A DNA stretch of 64,000 nucleotides from Caecitellus pseudoparvulus (lineage: Eukaryota; Protista; Bigyra: Bicosoecida), in the NCBI GenBank assembly GCA_965644315.1, contig CBFFRQ010000093.1, positions 124,001-188,000 on the forward strand. Reading direction: 5' to 3'. How positions within the stretch are numbered: position 1 is the stretch's first letter; the number at the start of each line of letters is the position of its first letter. The notes below the pieces were generated by a model. The model searched no databases and was not told the origin of the DNA. It worked only from the letters and a program-made list of their open reading frames with translations. The translations under genes were made by a program, and so were the position numbers. This document shows positions 36,807 to 47,702 of the stretch, piece by piece.

Positions 36807-37031
36807 ATGGCCGAGGGCTTGCACGCCTGCCTCCTCGCCGCAGTCCACAGCAGCCGCGAGCCCCTTGGCATCCTCTCTGCCGCAGCCGGCACCGTGCGCA
36901 AGGCCAGCGACGCCACCACGCCTTCCCTGCACAGCCTGCAGAGCACTCTTGCCGCCACGCGAACGGCACAAGCAAACCTCGCAGAGGCCACGGCTGCGCT
37001 GCACGCGATCAGTGCGCCGGAGGAGAAGTGA
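36807..37031 (+). CDS. Small 74-aa helical/coiled-coil protein (hypothetical; weak BORC/BLOC-1 subunit resemblance)
   Basis: Good start context GCCATGG. The product MAEGLHACLLAAVHSSREPLGILSAAAGTVRKASDATTPSLHSLQSTLAATRTAQANLAEATAALHAISAPEEK is amphipathic and fills the gap between two genes. Confidence 0.45.
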   Translation: MAEGLHACLLAAVHSSREPLGILSAAAGTVRKASDATTPSLHSLQSTLAATRTAQANLAEATAALHAISAPEEK

Positions 37032-37042
37032 AACTCCACGCC

Positions 37043-39220
37043 ATGAAACGCGGGCGAACGTGCGCCCTGGTGCGCCTGGCCGCGTTGGCCCTGGCGGTTG
37101 CGAGTGCCGCTGCCTGCCCATGGAATGCTGCCCATGAAGTTGCAGATGCGACTGGGTCCCTTGCCAGCGCCCCAGACAGCACGCTGGACCAGGTGTGGTT
37201 GCTGCGCCCGTCGCCTGCCACGGACCGCCTGTCCCTGAACGTGGAGCTGGTCGTGGCGGCCGGCGGCGCCAACCTGACCATCCTGGACGGCAGCACCGCC
37301 TCCAGCCCTCTGCTGCACACCACCACCGCCTCAGGCTCCGGCACCAAGCTCCAGACCAGCGGCCCTGCCGCGCTGGTCTGCTGGCACCCCTCCCAGGAGG
37401 AGACGCAGACGTCCAGCCTGCGCCTGTCCTGGGCAGCTACGGGGGGTGCAGGGCAGGCCACACCGCCCCCCTCCCCATATCCGACACCCGCTGCCTTCTC
37501 TTCCCCCTCCACATCTCCAGCATCCGTGGCACCCCCGACCCCCTTTCCGTCCCCCTCCCCAGCCACCACCCCATCCACGACACCCTCCACTGCACCGCCT
37601 TCCGCGACCCCAGCGCCGACCGCCGACGACGGTGCATCTCTGATGGTCATCTACATCGAACTGGATGCGGACAGGGTGTCCGCCGACCTCTATGCAGCTG
37701 TTGGCGGGCCTGTGGCTGCCACGACACTGATGAGGCAGATGCAGGATGCCCTCGTGGCCGATCCGGCTCCCAATGGGCAGCCCGCGGGGGAGCTCCGGTA
37801 CTGGGAAGATACTGCCCTCGTCCCACATGCCCGGCTGCAGGTGGTGCTGCCTCTAGCCTACTTCCTGGTGCCGCTGGAGGATGTGCAGGCACAGCTGGTG
37901 CAGTGGCTGCGCAGCCGCCCCGGGTGGCTGGAACGCGACTCCCTCATGCGCTTTGCACTGCCCTGTGCGGAGGGCGACCTGTGCCAGAGCACGCTGCAGG
38001 TGCAGGCACGCAAGCACTGCGTGATGTTTCTGCCAGGGCTGGCAGCTTCCCCCATGCCTTTCCCAGTTACGAGGAAGGGGCTTGCGATGGGTGACTTGAT
38101 TGTGCCATTTCCATTGCCGGTAGCGTGTCTTGGGCCGGAGTTCGGCCTGCTGCAGGAGGTGGAGGCAGACTCCGACACGCGCTACGTGTCTGTTGCCCTG
38201 GCAAACAACGCGGATGAAACCCGCATTTTGCAGCCCCTGGGGGCACCCCTTGCCCTGGCTGCACAGTTCACGATTCGGCAAGAGGCTGCATTTGAAGACA
38301 TTTCCAGCACGGACGCCACTGTGACTTTGTTCGGGGCTGACGGGCAAAGGGTGACAGCCACGCTGTCGTTTGAGTTTGAAGGGCCCATTCCGCCGAAGCA
38401 GCCGGACAGCAGCGCAGCCCAGGACACCAGCTGCCCGGCACCTCCTTCCTCCATTGTGCCTGCCTCCATCGGCGCACTGGGTGGAGCTGGGCTGGTGCTA
38501 GCCCTCGCATTGGGCGTCTGGTGCTGCCGCCGGCGGTGTGCCTCCAGCCCCCAGCAACGCGGCTTCCAGCGCCAAGTGGACATGGATGCAGCAGAGGAAA
38601 AAGCAGCTGTGGGCTCAGGGGATGTTGCTGTGGAAATGGTGGGCGCAGGGGGCAGTGGCGTGCCGCGCCTGGAGCGTGGCAGCCGAGTGTCAAGCCATGC
38701 GTCAGCTGCAGCGTCCCACGGCACCGCCTCGCCAGTGCGGCAAGGGGAGATCGGGACGAGCAGCCCCTCGGAATCCGACACCCTCATTGAACGGGAGGCG
38801 CCTCCCGCCCTGGCACGCAGCGTCAGCGGTGCCAGCGCCTCCAGCGCTGCGTTGGTGTCGCTGGACTTGCAGGCGCGACCTGCCCTGGCTGCGGCGCAAT
38901 TTGAATCGCGGTGGGAGGCGCTGCGCACCCTGGACATGCTGGATGGCGTGCTGGCTGGTGGGATTTCTGCAGAGGAAGTGGACGTGGAGGGCCTGCTGGC
39001 GCCGCTGCACGTGCACTGCATCGCCAGCGGCGTCGTGGGCGGTGTGCAGAAGCAGTACTTCTACGCACTGGGCGGAGACGGCACGATGTACGCGGCAGAG
39101 GTGGCGCTGACGCCTTCCAACCGGCGCCTGTCCACCCTGATCAAGGGGCCCGCAGGATCCTCCGGCCAGGCCTTTGCGCGGCTGCTGAGCGGGCGGTTGC
39201 AGGGCTTGCTGGCAGCTTGA
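37043..39220 (+). CDS. Type-I membrane protein: signal peptide, CUB-like ectodomain, Pro/Ser/Thr stalk, TM, C-terminal beta-adaptin (AP-4 beta) appendage-like domain
   Basis: Signal peptide MKRGRTCALVRLAALALAVASAAAC; CUB-like LTILDGSTASSPLL...TSGPAALVCW; TM IGALGGAGLVLALALGVWCCRRR; tail ARPALAAAQFESRWEAL...HVHCIASG...KQYFYA...YAAEV...LSTLIK. Confidence 0.7.
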   Translation: MKRGRTCALVRLAALALAVASAAACPWNAAHEVADATGSLASAPDSTLDQVWLLRPSPATDRLSLNVELVVAAGGANLTILDGSTASSPLLHTTTASGSGTKLQTSGPAALVCWHPSQEETQTSSLRLSWAATGGAGQATPPPSPYPTPAAFSSPSTSPASVAPPTPFPSPSPATTPSTTPSTAPPSATPAPTADDGASLMVIYIELDADRVSADLYAAVGGPVAATTLMRQMQDALVADPAPNGQPAGELRYWEDTALVPHARLQVVLPLAYFLVPLEDVQAQLVQWLRSRPGWLERDSLMRFALPCAEGDLCQSTLQVQARKHCVMFLPGLAASPMPFPVTRKGLAMGDLIVPFPLPVACLGPEFGLLQEVEADSDTRYVSVALANNADETRILQPLGAPLALAAQFTIRQEAAFEDISSTDATVTLFGADGQRVTATLSFEFEGPIPPKQPDSSAAQDTSCPAPPSSIVPASIGALGGAGLVLALALGVWCCRRRCASSPQQRGFQRQVDMDAAEEKAAVGSGDVAVEMVGAGGSGVPRLERGSRVSSHASAAASHGTASPVRQGEIGTSSPSESDTLIEREAPPALARSVSGASASSAALVSLDLQARPALAAAQFESRWEALRTLDMLDGVLAGGISAEEVDVEGLLAPLHVHCIASGVVGGVQKQYFYALGGDGTMYAAEVALTPSNRRLSTLIKGPAGSSGQAFARLLSGRLQGLLAA

Positions 39221-39428
39221 AGTGCCACGTCAGCGTTGCTGTCTGCGCCAGTTCGGGCCTGCGACCGCTGCGCGGCGGGGGTGCCTGCAGCACACTGTCC
39301 AATGGAAGTACACATCCACTTTTTGCCTTCACATCCTTTCCTCAGCCACCCGAGCCCCAAGGTGTCGCTGCAGCTGTGCGCTGCCGCGAGCGCACGCTTG
39401 TGTTCGATTTCCGCACCGCCTGGCAAGC

Positions 39429-41966
39429 ATGATGCACCGAGTCATGTCAGTGGCTGGCGCCGCGCGCAGCGGCGCCGGCGTCGTGTCCCTGGAGACCATG
39501 CTTCGAGGCATGTCCACGTCGGCCGAGCCTCTGTTTGACAAGGTGAGGCGTGCCCTCCGCCGGCAATCTCGTGATACGCCGCCCGCCGTGTGACTGCCAG
39601 CGCATTGCCACGGCGGTCCCTAACCCTGCAGATCCTCATCGCGAACCGCGGCGAGATCACCCGACGAGTCATTCGCACGGCCAAGCGCCTGGGTACGTGG
39701 TGAAGCGGCTGCGCCGCCATGTGGCAGCTCGTTGCATGCCGCCGTCAAGTGCAGTGCACCTGCCACTGCCACACGCGCTTCCTTGGCCTCTGCGCAGGCA
39801 TCAAGACTGTCGCCATTTACTCCGACGCCGACGCCAGTGCTCTGCATGTGTCCGAGGCAGATGAGGTGCGTGGGCGGTGCATTCGCGCGCACGGCGGGGT
39901 GCCCACACCCCTCCCACGCCGCTACCCAGGCCGTCTGCGTGGGCCCCTCCCCCTCCAGCTTGAGCTACCTGAACATGGACCGCATCATTGAGGCGTGCAA
40001 GGCCACGGGCGCCCAGGCAGTGCACCCGGGGTACGGCTTCCTGTCTGAGAACCACCTGTTCGCCGACCGACTGGCTGCCGAGGGCATCAAGTTCATCGGC
40101 CCCGGCAACGAGGCCATCACTGCCATGGGTGACAAGATCACCAGCAAGAAGATCGCCAGCGAGGCCAAGGTGAACGTCATCCCCGGCTTCATGGGCCTGG
40201 TGGAGGACAACGAGGAGGTGAAGCGCATCGCCAACGAGATCGGGTACCCCGTCATGATCAAGGCGTCCGCGGGCGGCGGCGGCAAGGGCATGCGCATCGC
40301 GTACAACGACGAGGAGGCCGTGCTGGGCTTCCGGCTGTCCAAGGAGGAGGCCAAGGCCAGCTTCGGCGACGACCGCATCTTCATCGAGAAGTTCATCGAG
40401 GAGCCCCGCCACATCGAAATCCAGCTGCTGGCGGACCAGCACGGCAACGTCGTCGCCTTCCCCGAGCGAGAGTGCAGCATCCAGCGCCGCAACCAGAAGG
40501 TGGTGGAGGAGGCGCCCAGCGTCCTGCTGGACCCCGCCACGCGCAAGGCCATGGGGGAGCAGGCCTGTGCCCTGGCACGGGCCGTCGGCTACGAGTCTGC
40601 GGGGACGGTGGAGTTCCTGTGCGACAAGCACAAGAACTTCTTCTTCCTGGAGATGAACACGCGCCTGCAGGTGGAGCACCCCATCACCGAGTACGTGTCG
40701 GGGGTGGACCTGGTGGAGAACATGATCCGGGTGGCGGCGGGGCACCCCTTGCCGGCAGACTTGGTGAAGGCGTGGGAGGAGGGGGAGGGAGGCATGCCCA
40801 TCCTGGGGCACGCCTTCGAGTCCCGCGTGTACGCGGAGGACCCCGTGCGTGGCTTCCTGCCCTCCACGGGCCGCCTGAGCCGGTACATTGAGCCGACGCC
40901 CGCCTCCGCTGGTGTGCCGGAGGGTGAGGCGACCCCCGACGTCCCCTCTGGCGTCGGCGGTGTCCGGGTGGACTCCGCCGTCGGCTCCGGCTCCGAGATC
41001 AGCATGTTCTACGACCCCATGATCTGCAAGCTCGTCACGCACGGCCCCGACCGCGACACCGCCCTGGAGAAGATGCGCCACGCCCTGGACGCGTACGTCA
41101 TCGCGGGGGTGGGGAACAACCTGGAGTTCCTGCGCCACGTCGCGGACCACCCCCGCTTCGTGTCGGGGAAGATCACCACCGGGTTCATCGCGGAGGAGTA
41201 CCCCGAGGGCTTCTACGGCTACGTCCTGGGCGCCGCCGACCGGTCCCTGCTGGGCGCCTCCGCTGCCGTCATGCGCGTGATGCGGGAGGAGGCCCAGGCG
41301 GAGCTGAGCGGGCAGGTGCCCACCGCCACCCCTGCCGTGTGGGCGGCACCCGCCCTGAACTACTTCGTGACCCTGCCAGCGGAGCCCGTGAGCGAGGCCG
41401 CTGCCAAGGCTGCCAAGGCGGCTGGGGATGCGCCCCCCGCGGACGAGGTCGTGCCGGCTGTCGTCGCTGGCTCCTTCGGGGAGTGGGAGGTGGTGCTGGG
41501 GGAGGGCGACGGTGCGACGACGTACGCCTTCTCTGACGTGGACTGGAGCCCCGAGGCTGCCCTGTTCACGGCGCAGGTGGCCGTGAACGGCGGCGAGCCG
41601 ACCCGGGTGCAGCTGCAGCACACCGCCCGCACGCCGGAGGGTTTCCAGCTGAAGATGAAGGGCGCGCAGCGCGACGTCAAGGTGCGGTCACCCCGCGCCC
41701 AGGCACTTGCCAAGCACATGCCTGTGAAGGAGAAGCTGGACCTGTCCACGGTGCTGGTGTCCCCCATGCCCGGCACACTGGTGTCCCTGGCGGTAAAGGA
41801 GGGGGACATCGTGCAGCCGGGGCAGGAGCTGGCAGTGGTGGAGGCCATGAAGATGCAGAACGTCCTGCGTGCGCCCAAGAAGGCCCTCGTCAAGTCCATC
41901 TCCGCCAAGGCGGGGGATGTCCTGGCGGTGGACCAGGTCATTCTCGGCTACGGCGACGACGAGTAA
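39429..41966 (+). CDS. PCCA: Propionyl-CoA carboxylase alpha subunit (mitochondrial); three 5' introns
   Basis: LFDK|ILIANRGEI, HPGYGFLSEN, KASAGGGGKGMR, ERECSIQRRNQKVVEEAPS, EMNTRLQVEHP and biotinyl motif EAMKM. Confidence 0.92.
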
Positions 41967-42299
41967 GTGGGTTGGCAGGGCCCCCGTCCCCACTCCACGC
42001 CTGCGAAAATGCATTTCCCGGGTGCTTGCCGGGTTTGGATGGCGCTGGGCGTGTGCATCGTGCGTCTGTGGGTCGGGCGGGAAGCGCAGAATTGTCGTGG
42101 TCTCGTTTTGTCGCCGGTGCGCGCACAGGAGGCCCGCACGCGGGCAGAAAAACAGGAGATCTGCCTGGTCACGTACCCACGCTAGTTGGGGCAAACTTCT
42201 ACGGGCTGTGTGGGAGCGTGTGCTCTGCTTCAAGGCCGGCATTGCGGGGGGCGCCTTGTCGAGGGGGGGCAGCACCAGCTGCATTGCCCCCCTGCCCTG

Positions 42300-42307
42300 C
42301 ACTTTCC
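42300..42307 (+). promoter_or_regulatory. CACTTTCC Inr/FPR-like core promoter candidate upstream of MAT
   Basis: 87 nt before the ATG; similar motifs sit at similar distance before GBP2-like, RPS27, PCCA and COX23. Confidence 0.35.
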
Positions 42308-42386
42308 AGCTACCAGAACCACTCATGAGCCAGCCCGCCTGTTGCACCCAGCTTCGTGCGCTGCTTCCCTCCCCACCCTGTCAACC

Positions 42387-43833
42387 ATGGCTGCCACTGG
42401 CGACAAGACCTTCATCTTCACCTCCGAGTCTGTGAACGAGGGGCACCCAGGTGCGTGTTTGCGCCGCGTGTGCAGTGTGGCAGGGTGACGCCTGCTGACA
42501 CGAGCATTCCGGCAGAGCATGCCCCGCCGCCAGTGCGCTCACGTGCGCTTCCGCCGCTGCCGCTCACAGACAAGATCTGCGATCAGGTCTCCGATGCCGT
42601 CCTGGATGCCTGCCTGAAGCAGGACCCCGATGCCAAGGTCGCTTGCGGTGCGTGGCTGCCAAGGCGTGGGCGGGCTTTCCACACCATCACTGCAGGCGCT
42701 GACACACCCGCCCCGCCACGCCTGCCGCAGAGACCGCCACCAAGACTGGCATGGTCATGGTGTTCGGCGAGATCACCACCAAGGCCACCGTGAACTACGA
42801 GCAGGTGGTGCGCGATGCCATCAAGGACATCGGCTATGATGCCGTGGAGAAGGGTGTGTGGCCTCGACAGCTGTCCCTTGCACGCCCCTGCGCCCCCTGC
42901 ACCCGCCCCCTCCCTGCCGCGCCCTGAGCAGGCCTGGACTACAAGACCTGCAACGTCGTTGTGGCCATCGAGGAGCAGAGCCCCGACATCGCCCAGGGCG
43001 TGCACATCGAGAAGGCCGAGGAGGACATCGGCGCTGGTGACCAGGGCATCATGTTCGGCTACGCCACCGACGAGACCGAGGAGAGCATGCCCATGACCCA
43101 CCTGCTGGCGTCCCGCATCGGCAAGCGCCTCACGGACGTGCGCAAGGACGGCACCTGCCCCTGGCTGCGCCCCGACGGCAAGACCCAGGTCACCATGACC
43201 TACAAGGAGGTCGGCGGAGCCATGATCCCCCAGTCTGTGCACACCATCGTCATCTCCACCCAGCACGGCCCTGAGATCGAGCAGGAGGAGATCCAGAAGC
43301 AGCTCATGGAGCACGTCATCAAGCCCGTCGTGCCCGCTGACATGCTGACGGCGGAGACCATCTACCACCTGAACCCCTCTGGGCGCTTCATCATCGGCGG
43401 CCCCCACGGCGACGCCGGCCTCACTGGCCGCAAGATCATCGTGGACACCTACGGTGGCTGGGGTGCCCACGGTGGCGGTGCCTTCTCCGGCAAGGACCCC
43501 ACCAAGGTGGACCGCTCTGCTGCCTACGCCGCTCGCTGGGTGGCTAAGTCCCTCGTCAAGGCCGGCCTGTGCAAGCGCTGCCTGATCCAGCTGTCCTACG
43601 CCATCGGTGTCGCTGAGCCCCTGTCCGTGAACGTCAACACCTACGGCACTGGCACCAAGTCCGAGGAGGAGCTGGTGGCCATCGTCAACAAGAACTTCGA
43701 CCTGCGCCCCGGCGTCATGGCCAAGGACTTGCAGCTCAAGCGCCCCGTGTACAAGGAGACCGCTGCCTACGGCCACTTCGGCCGCACCGGCGACGGCTTC
43801 ACCTGGGAGGTCGCCAAGGAGCTCACCCTGTAA
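42387..43833 (+). CDS. metK: S-adenosylmethionine synthetase (canonical MAT); introns 42451-42569, 42648-42730, 42854-42931
   Basis: [32 protein letters not shown] and AYGHFGR; strongly C-ending codons. Confidence 0.97.
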
Positions 43834-43928
43834 ATGGCTTGCTGCCCACTCTCGATCTTTGCCCGTCTGCCGGAGGGGAGGGGCACGCGGGTGAAGGGCT
43901 GCACGGTGGCTGGCTCACTCTGTGGTGC

Positions 43929-43936
43929 AATGCATT
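43929..43936. terminator. Palindrome AATGCATT, candidate bidirectional 3'-end signal (MAT/RPN2)
   Basis: Lies between the convergent stops at 43833 and 43955. Confidence 0.5.
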
Positions 43937-43954
43937 TCCCTGCTGTGCCTGCGC

Positions 43955-46900
43955 TCAGTCGCCGCGTGCTTCTGGCGGCGTCCACTCGAAGGGGGCGGGC
44001 GGCTCGGGCTCAGGCCCATCGCTCACGCGCTCGCCTGGCTTCAGGATGTGAATGGGCGTCACGTCCTCGTCCATGCCTGTGCCCTGGTCGGCCAGCATGA
44101 CGATGCCAGAGGGGGAGCCGCTGGTGTTGCCCCGAATGGCCTCGTACCGCACCGCTGTGGCAGCAGCCGCTGCGGCACCAGCTTGGCCCGGCTCAGTGGC
44201 CAGCAGGCGCACCTTGCCCGCCTGCACCGGCGTCACCCGGCAGGGGTTGCCCAGCATGAAGTACTTGGGCTCTTTCTTCTTGGGCGCCGCAGCGGCAGAC
44301 GCCGCCTTGGCCGGCGACTCCGCCTTGCTCTCCTCTTCCCGCTCCTTGGCTTCGGCTGCCGCTCGCTCCGCCTCGTCCACGTTCGCGCTGAGTGTGCTGA
44401 GCGTGCTGAGGGTCTGCGTCAGCGGCACGCTGGCAGGAGGTGGAGAGGCGTGCCCTGGTGTGTCGCCGGCGGCTGCACCGCCCTTGGCGCGTGCTCGCGC
44501 CTTGGCCCGCGCACGTGCCTTGCCTTTGTTGGCAGCCTTGCTAGACTTGGCGGTGGACAGCTTCACAGTCTCCACACGCTCCTTCTTCCCCTCGGCATCC
44601 TCAGACAACATCTCGGGGTAGGCAAAGGCGGAGGGCGGCGCGTCGCAGACGCCCAGCGGCACATTGGGCATGGCCAGCGTCGCGTTGAGGCCCACCAGGG
44701 CTGTGGGCTGCAGCGCCAGCCCCAGCATGTGCATGTACGGGAACCAGTACCAGTGCTGCAGCCACATGGCCACGCCGATGACGGCAGGCATGCGGACGAA
44801 GCCAGCCCTGGACCCCATGGACACGACGACGTTGCGCCCGCCGGCGTCGATGATGCCCTGGGCGATGATGGCGCCCATCTTCGTCATGACGCCAGCCCGC
44901 TTGTCAGACATGGTGGTGGTGAAGAGCTCGCGGGCCTCCTTGGCCGCAGGCACGGCATCTGGCGCCGCCTGCTGCAGCACCAGGGCCAGGGCCATCAGCG
45001 CGCCCTGCTTCACGAACTCGGTGCGGTCCTCTGTCAGAGGCTTCAGCAGGCGCACGGCCTCCTCCGAGGCAGAGCCAGCACAGGCAATGCCCATGGCCAT
45101 GGCTGCGCCATACCGCACGTGGGGGTTGTAGCTCTCCGTCAACAGCGACACCAGCTGCGGCACACGCTCGGGCGTCTTGAACAGCACGAAGCCCAGGTTG
45201 GTCACGGCTGCGCGCCTGACATCGTCGTTGACGTCTGACACTGTCACGTGCAGCAAGCGCCGCACGGCGTCGTTGTTGCCAGTGCCGACGTACGCCATGC
45301 CGATGGCGTACATGCCGCCATACCGCATGACTGAGTCCTCCTCACGGCACAGCTGGTCCACCAGCACGTCTGCGCCTTCCTCCTGCCCGTAGCAGACGAA
45401 TGCCAGGCCCATGGCGATGCCGCGGGTGGTCTTCTCACGCTGCGTCTCCTTCGCAAACACCATGAGCTCCTCCACGGCCAGCTCCTGTGTCGCCTCAGAC
45501 ATCCACCCAGGGCCCTTGCCAGCGAGGGTCAAGCCAATGGCCACGCCAGCAGCCTCGCCCGCGACGCTGGAGTCTGACGCGAACATGACATTGCGGATCA
45601 TGGAGTAGGATTGGTCATCCCCCGCGGACATGGTGGCCAGCCCCAGTCCCAGCAGGGCGCCGTGCTGGATCACCTCGTGCTGCCGCATCTGCAGCGCGTT
45701 GGACAGGTATGTGACGGTGGCAGCCTCGCCAGCCACGCCGCGTGCAGCGTGCACCAGCCCCAGGCCGTACAACGCGCCTCCCTCCACATACGGCAGCTCG
45801 CTCATGGCGCCGTCTTGCGGCAGGTACGGGCCCAGCTCTTCCATGACGTTGTCCCGGTTGCCCAGCTGCACCATGCCCTGAGCTGCGGCGGAGGAGAACT
45901 GTGCCCAGTGCTTGGCCCGCTTGAGCCAGTCCATGTGCTTGCGCAGGAAGGCGTCCTGCGCAGTGCCGGCGTGCATGTAGCCGTGCGTCACCACCATGGC
46001 GTGGTGCAGGATGGGGTTCTCCCTGGCCTGGGAGTTCTTCACGCGCTCCATGAGCAGGGTGTCAGCCTTGCTGTGCTGAGACATGAAGTGCAGGTACGCG
46101 TGGGCGGTGACACGCCCCGACACGATGCTGCGCAGCACCTCCAGGGCGTTCTTGCCGTAGGGGGACTCCTTGGGCAGGGCTGGGAAGGGCGCCTCCTCCT
46201 TGCCCTCCTCTGCACCCTCCTCTGCCGCGTCGCCGGCGGGGAGGGCTGCCTGCACGTCAGCCAGAAACTGCTGGTTGTCGTTGTCCACAGCGTCAAATGC
46301 AATCTGGTACGCCAGCAAGACACTGCGCTCGTCGCCTGAGCGCAGCAGTCTGACCATGATCTGCGCCACCTCCGAAGCGGCGCCGAGGTACTCCTGGCAC
46401 TTGCACAGGGCAAGGACGTCAGAGCTCGCCTCGGACTCCGCGTACACGCCGACGAGCTGCGACACGACCTCCCGCCTGAAGCTGCGCAGGGTGACGGTGG
46501 CCAGGGCCGCGTCGAAGGTAAAGCGCAGGGCTTTCGCCAGCCCCTCGCTGCCTGACGCAGCCTCGCAGGCAGTCAGCGTCGCAGCCAGCTGGTCCAGGCG
46601 GTACGTCTCCAGGGCCACACCGATGGCCTGCGAGAATGCACCCGCTGCCTGGCACCGCTGCAGGACGTGGTCCACCACCTCCTCCATGCGGGGAGGCAGG
46701 GCTGCTGTGGCTGAGGCATCCTGGGTGGTGTACGCCTCCTTGCGTGCGGCGGCATACTGCCGAATGCACTGCGCCACCATTGTCTCCTCGTACTGTCCCC
46801 GCGCATCCACCTCGAAGTGTGGCCCAGCCAGCAGGGCGAACTTCACAGCCTCCTCATACTCCTCCAAGTGGTAGAAGATCTGCGGGAGGCCGGGGGGGGA

Positions 46901-47260
46901 GCAGTGCCGCAGGCAAGGCGACGCAAGCCAACTGGCGTTTCACGCGCACCTTGCTGGCCACCGCCGCTGCCAGCTGCCTGTCAGCGAAGGAGTCCCGCTC
47001 GCACAGGTCCTCAATGATTGTGATGTAGTCCGCGGCATCAGTCCACGCCACGTCGATCGAGTCGTGCACCTTGCGCAGCGCCGACGCCTGTGCAAGCGGC
47101 GAGGGGGTGTTGGTGTGCGCAGGGCTCGTCCAGCACCCAAACGTCAGCACGCGAGACACACCTTCACTCGGTCGTCGGTCTCCGACAGCAGGGCTAGCAT
47201 GCTGGTGGACCCTGCCGAAGCAAGGGCAGCAGAAGGGGCGAGGATGGCGGCAACTGCCAT
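43955..47260 (-). CDS. PSMD1: 26S proteasome regulatory subunit RPN2; 5' introns
   Basis: AAAVASK|IFYHLEEYEEAVKFAL, PC repeats, VRRLLHVTVSDVNDDVRRAAV, ESYNPHVRYG, QHWYWFP and the C-terminal EPEPPAPFEW. Confidence 0.95.
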
Positions 47261-47702
47261 GTTGTTGGGGGTGATCCTGGAGGCTGGCAGGTGGTGCCTT
47301 GGCAACCCTTGCTGGCGTTGCCTCTGCGTTTCGTGTCGAGCCACCACGCCTCCGTTGGCAGGGCAGGGGTCGCTGGGCAGGGAGCGAAGTGCCGAGCAAC
47401 TCTTGTGGGTGTGCAGGAGTGTGCCGAGGCCGCATCAGTGCACAGTATCAGCACCCCCAGCCCCTGTGTGGCAAGGGGCAGGGGGGGTCGGCTCACAGCG
47501 TTCAGGCAACCTTTGGCTGGAGAAGGGTCAGGGGGGGTGGTGTTGGCAACCTCGGCAAGGGGGCATGGCAGCTGTCTGCATGCCTCAAGCAGGTATCGGC
47601 CAACGTGTCACTTTCCGTTCCTGCGTTATCACCTCTGTTGTGCCCTTCGCACCTGGTCATCTGCACCCCTCATCTCACCGCACCACCACGCCAACATCCA
47701 CC

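Noticed and set aside
36677-37042. N-terminal extension of the 847-aa ORF
   Set aside because: It starts at a non-ATG codon inside the SF3B1 end; the signal peptide begins at the ATG at 37043.
42000-42386. SAM riboswitch upstream of SAM synthetase
   Set aside because: I could recognise no SAM-I, SAM-II or SAM-III consensus.
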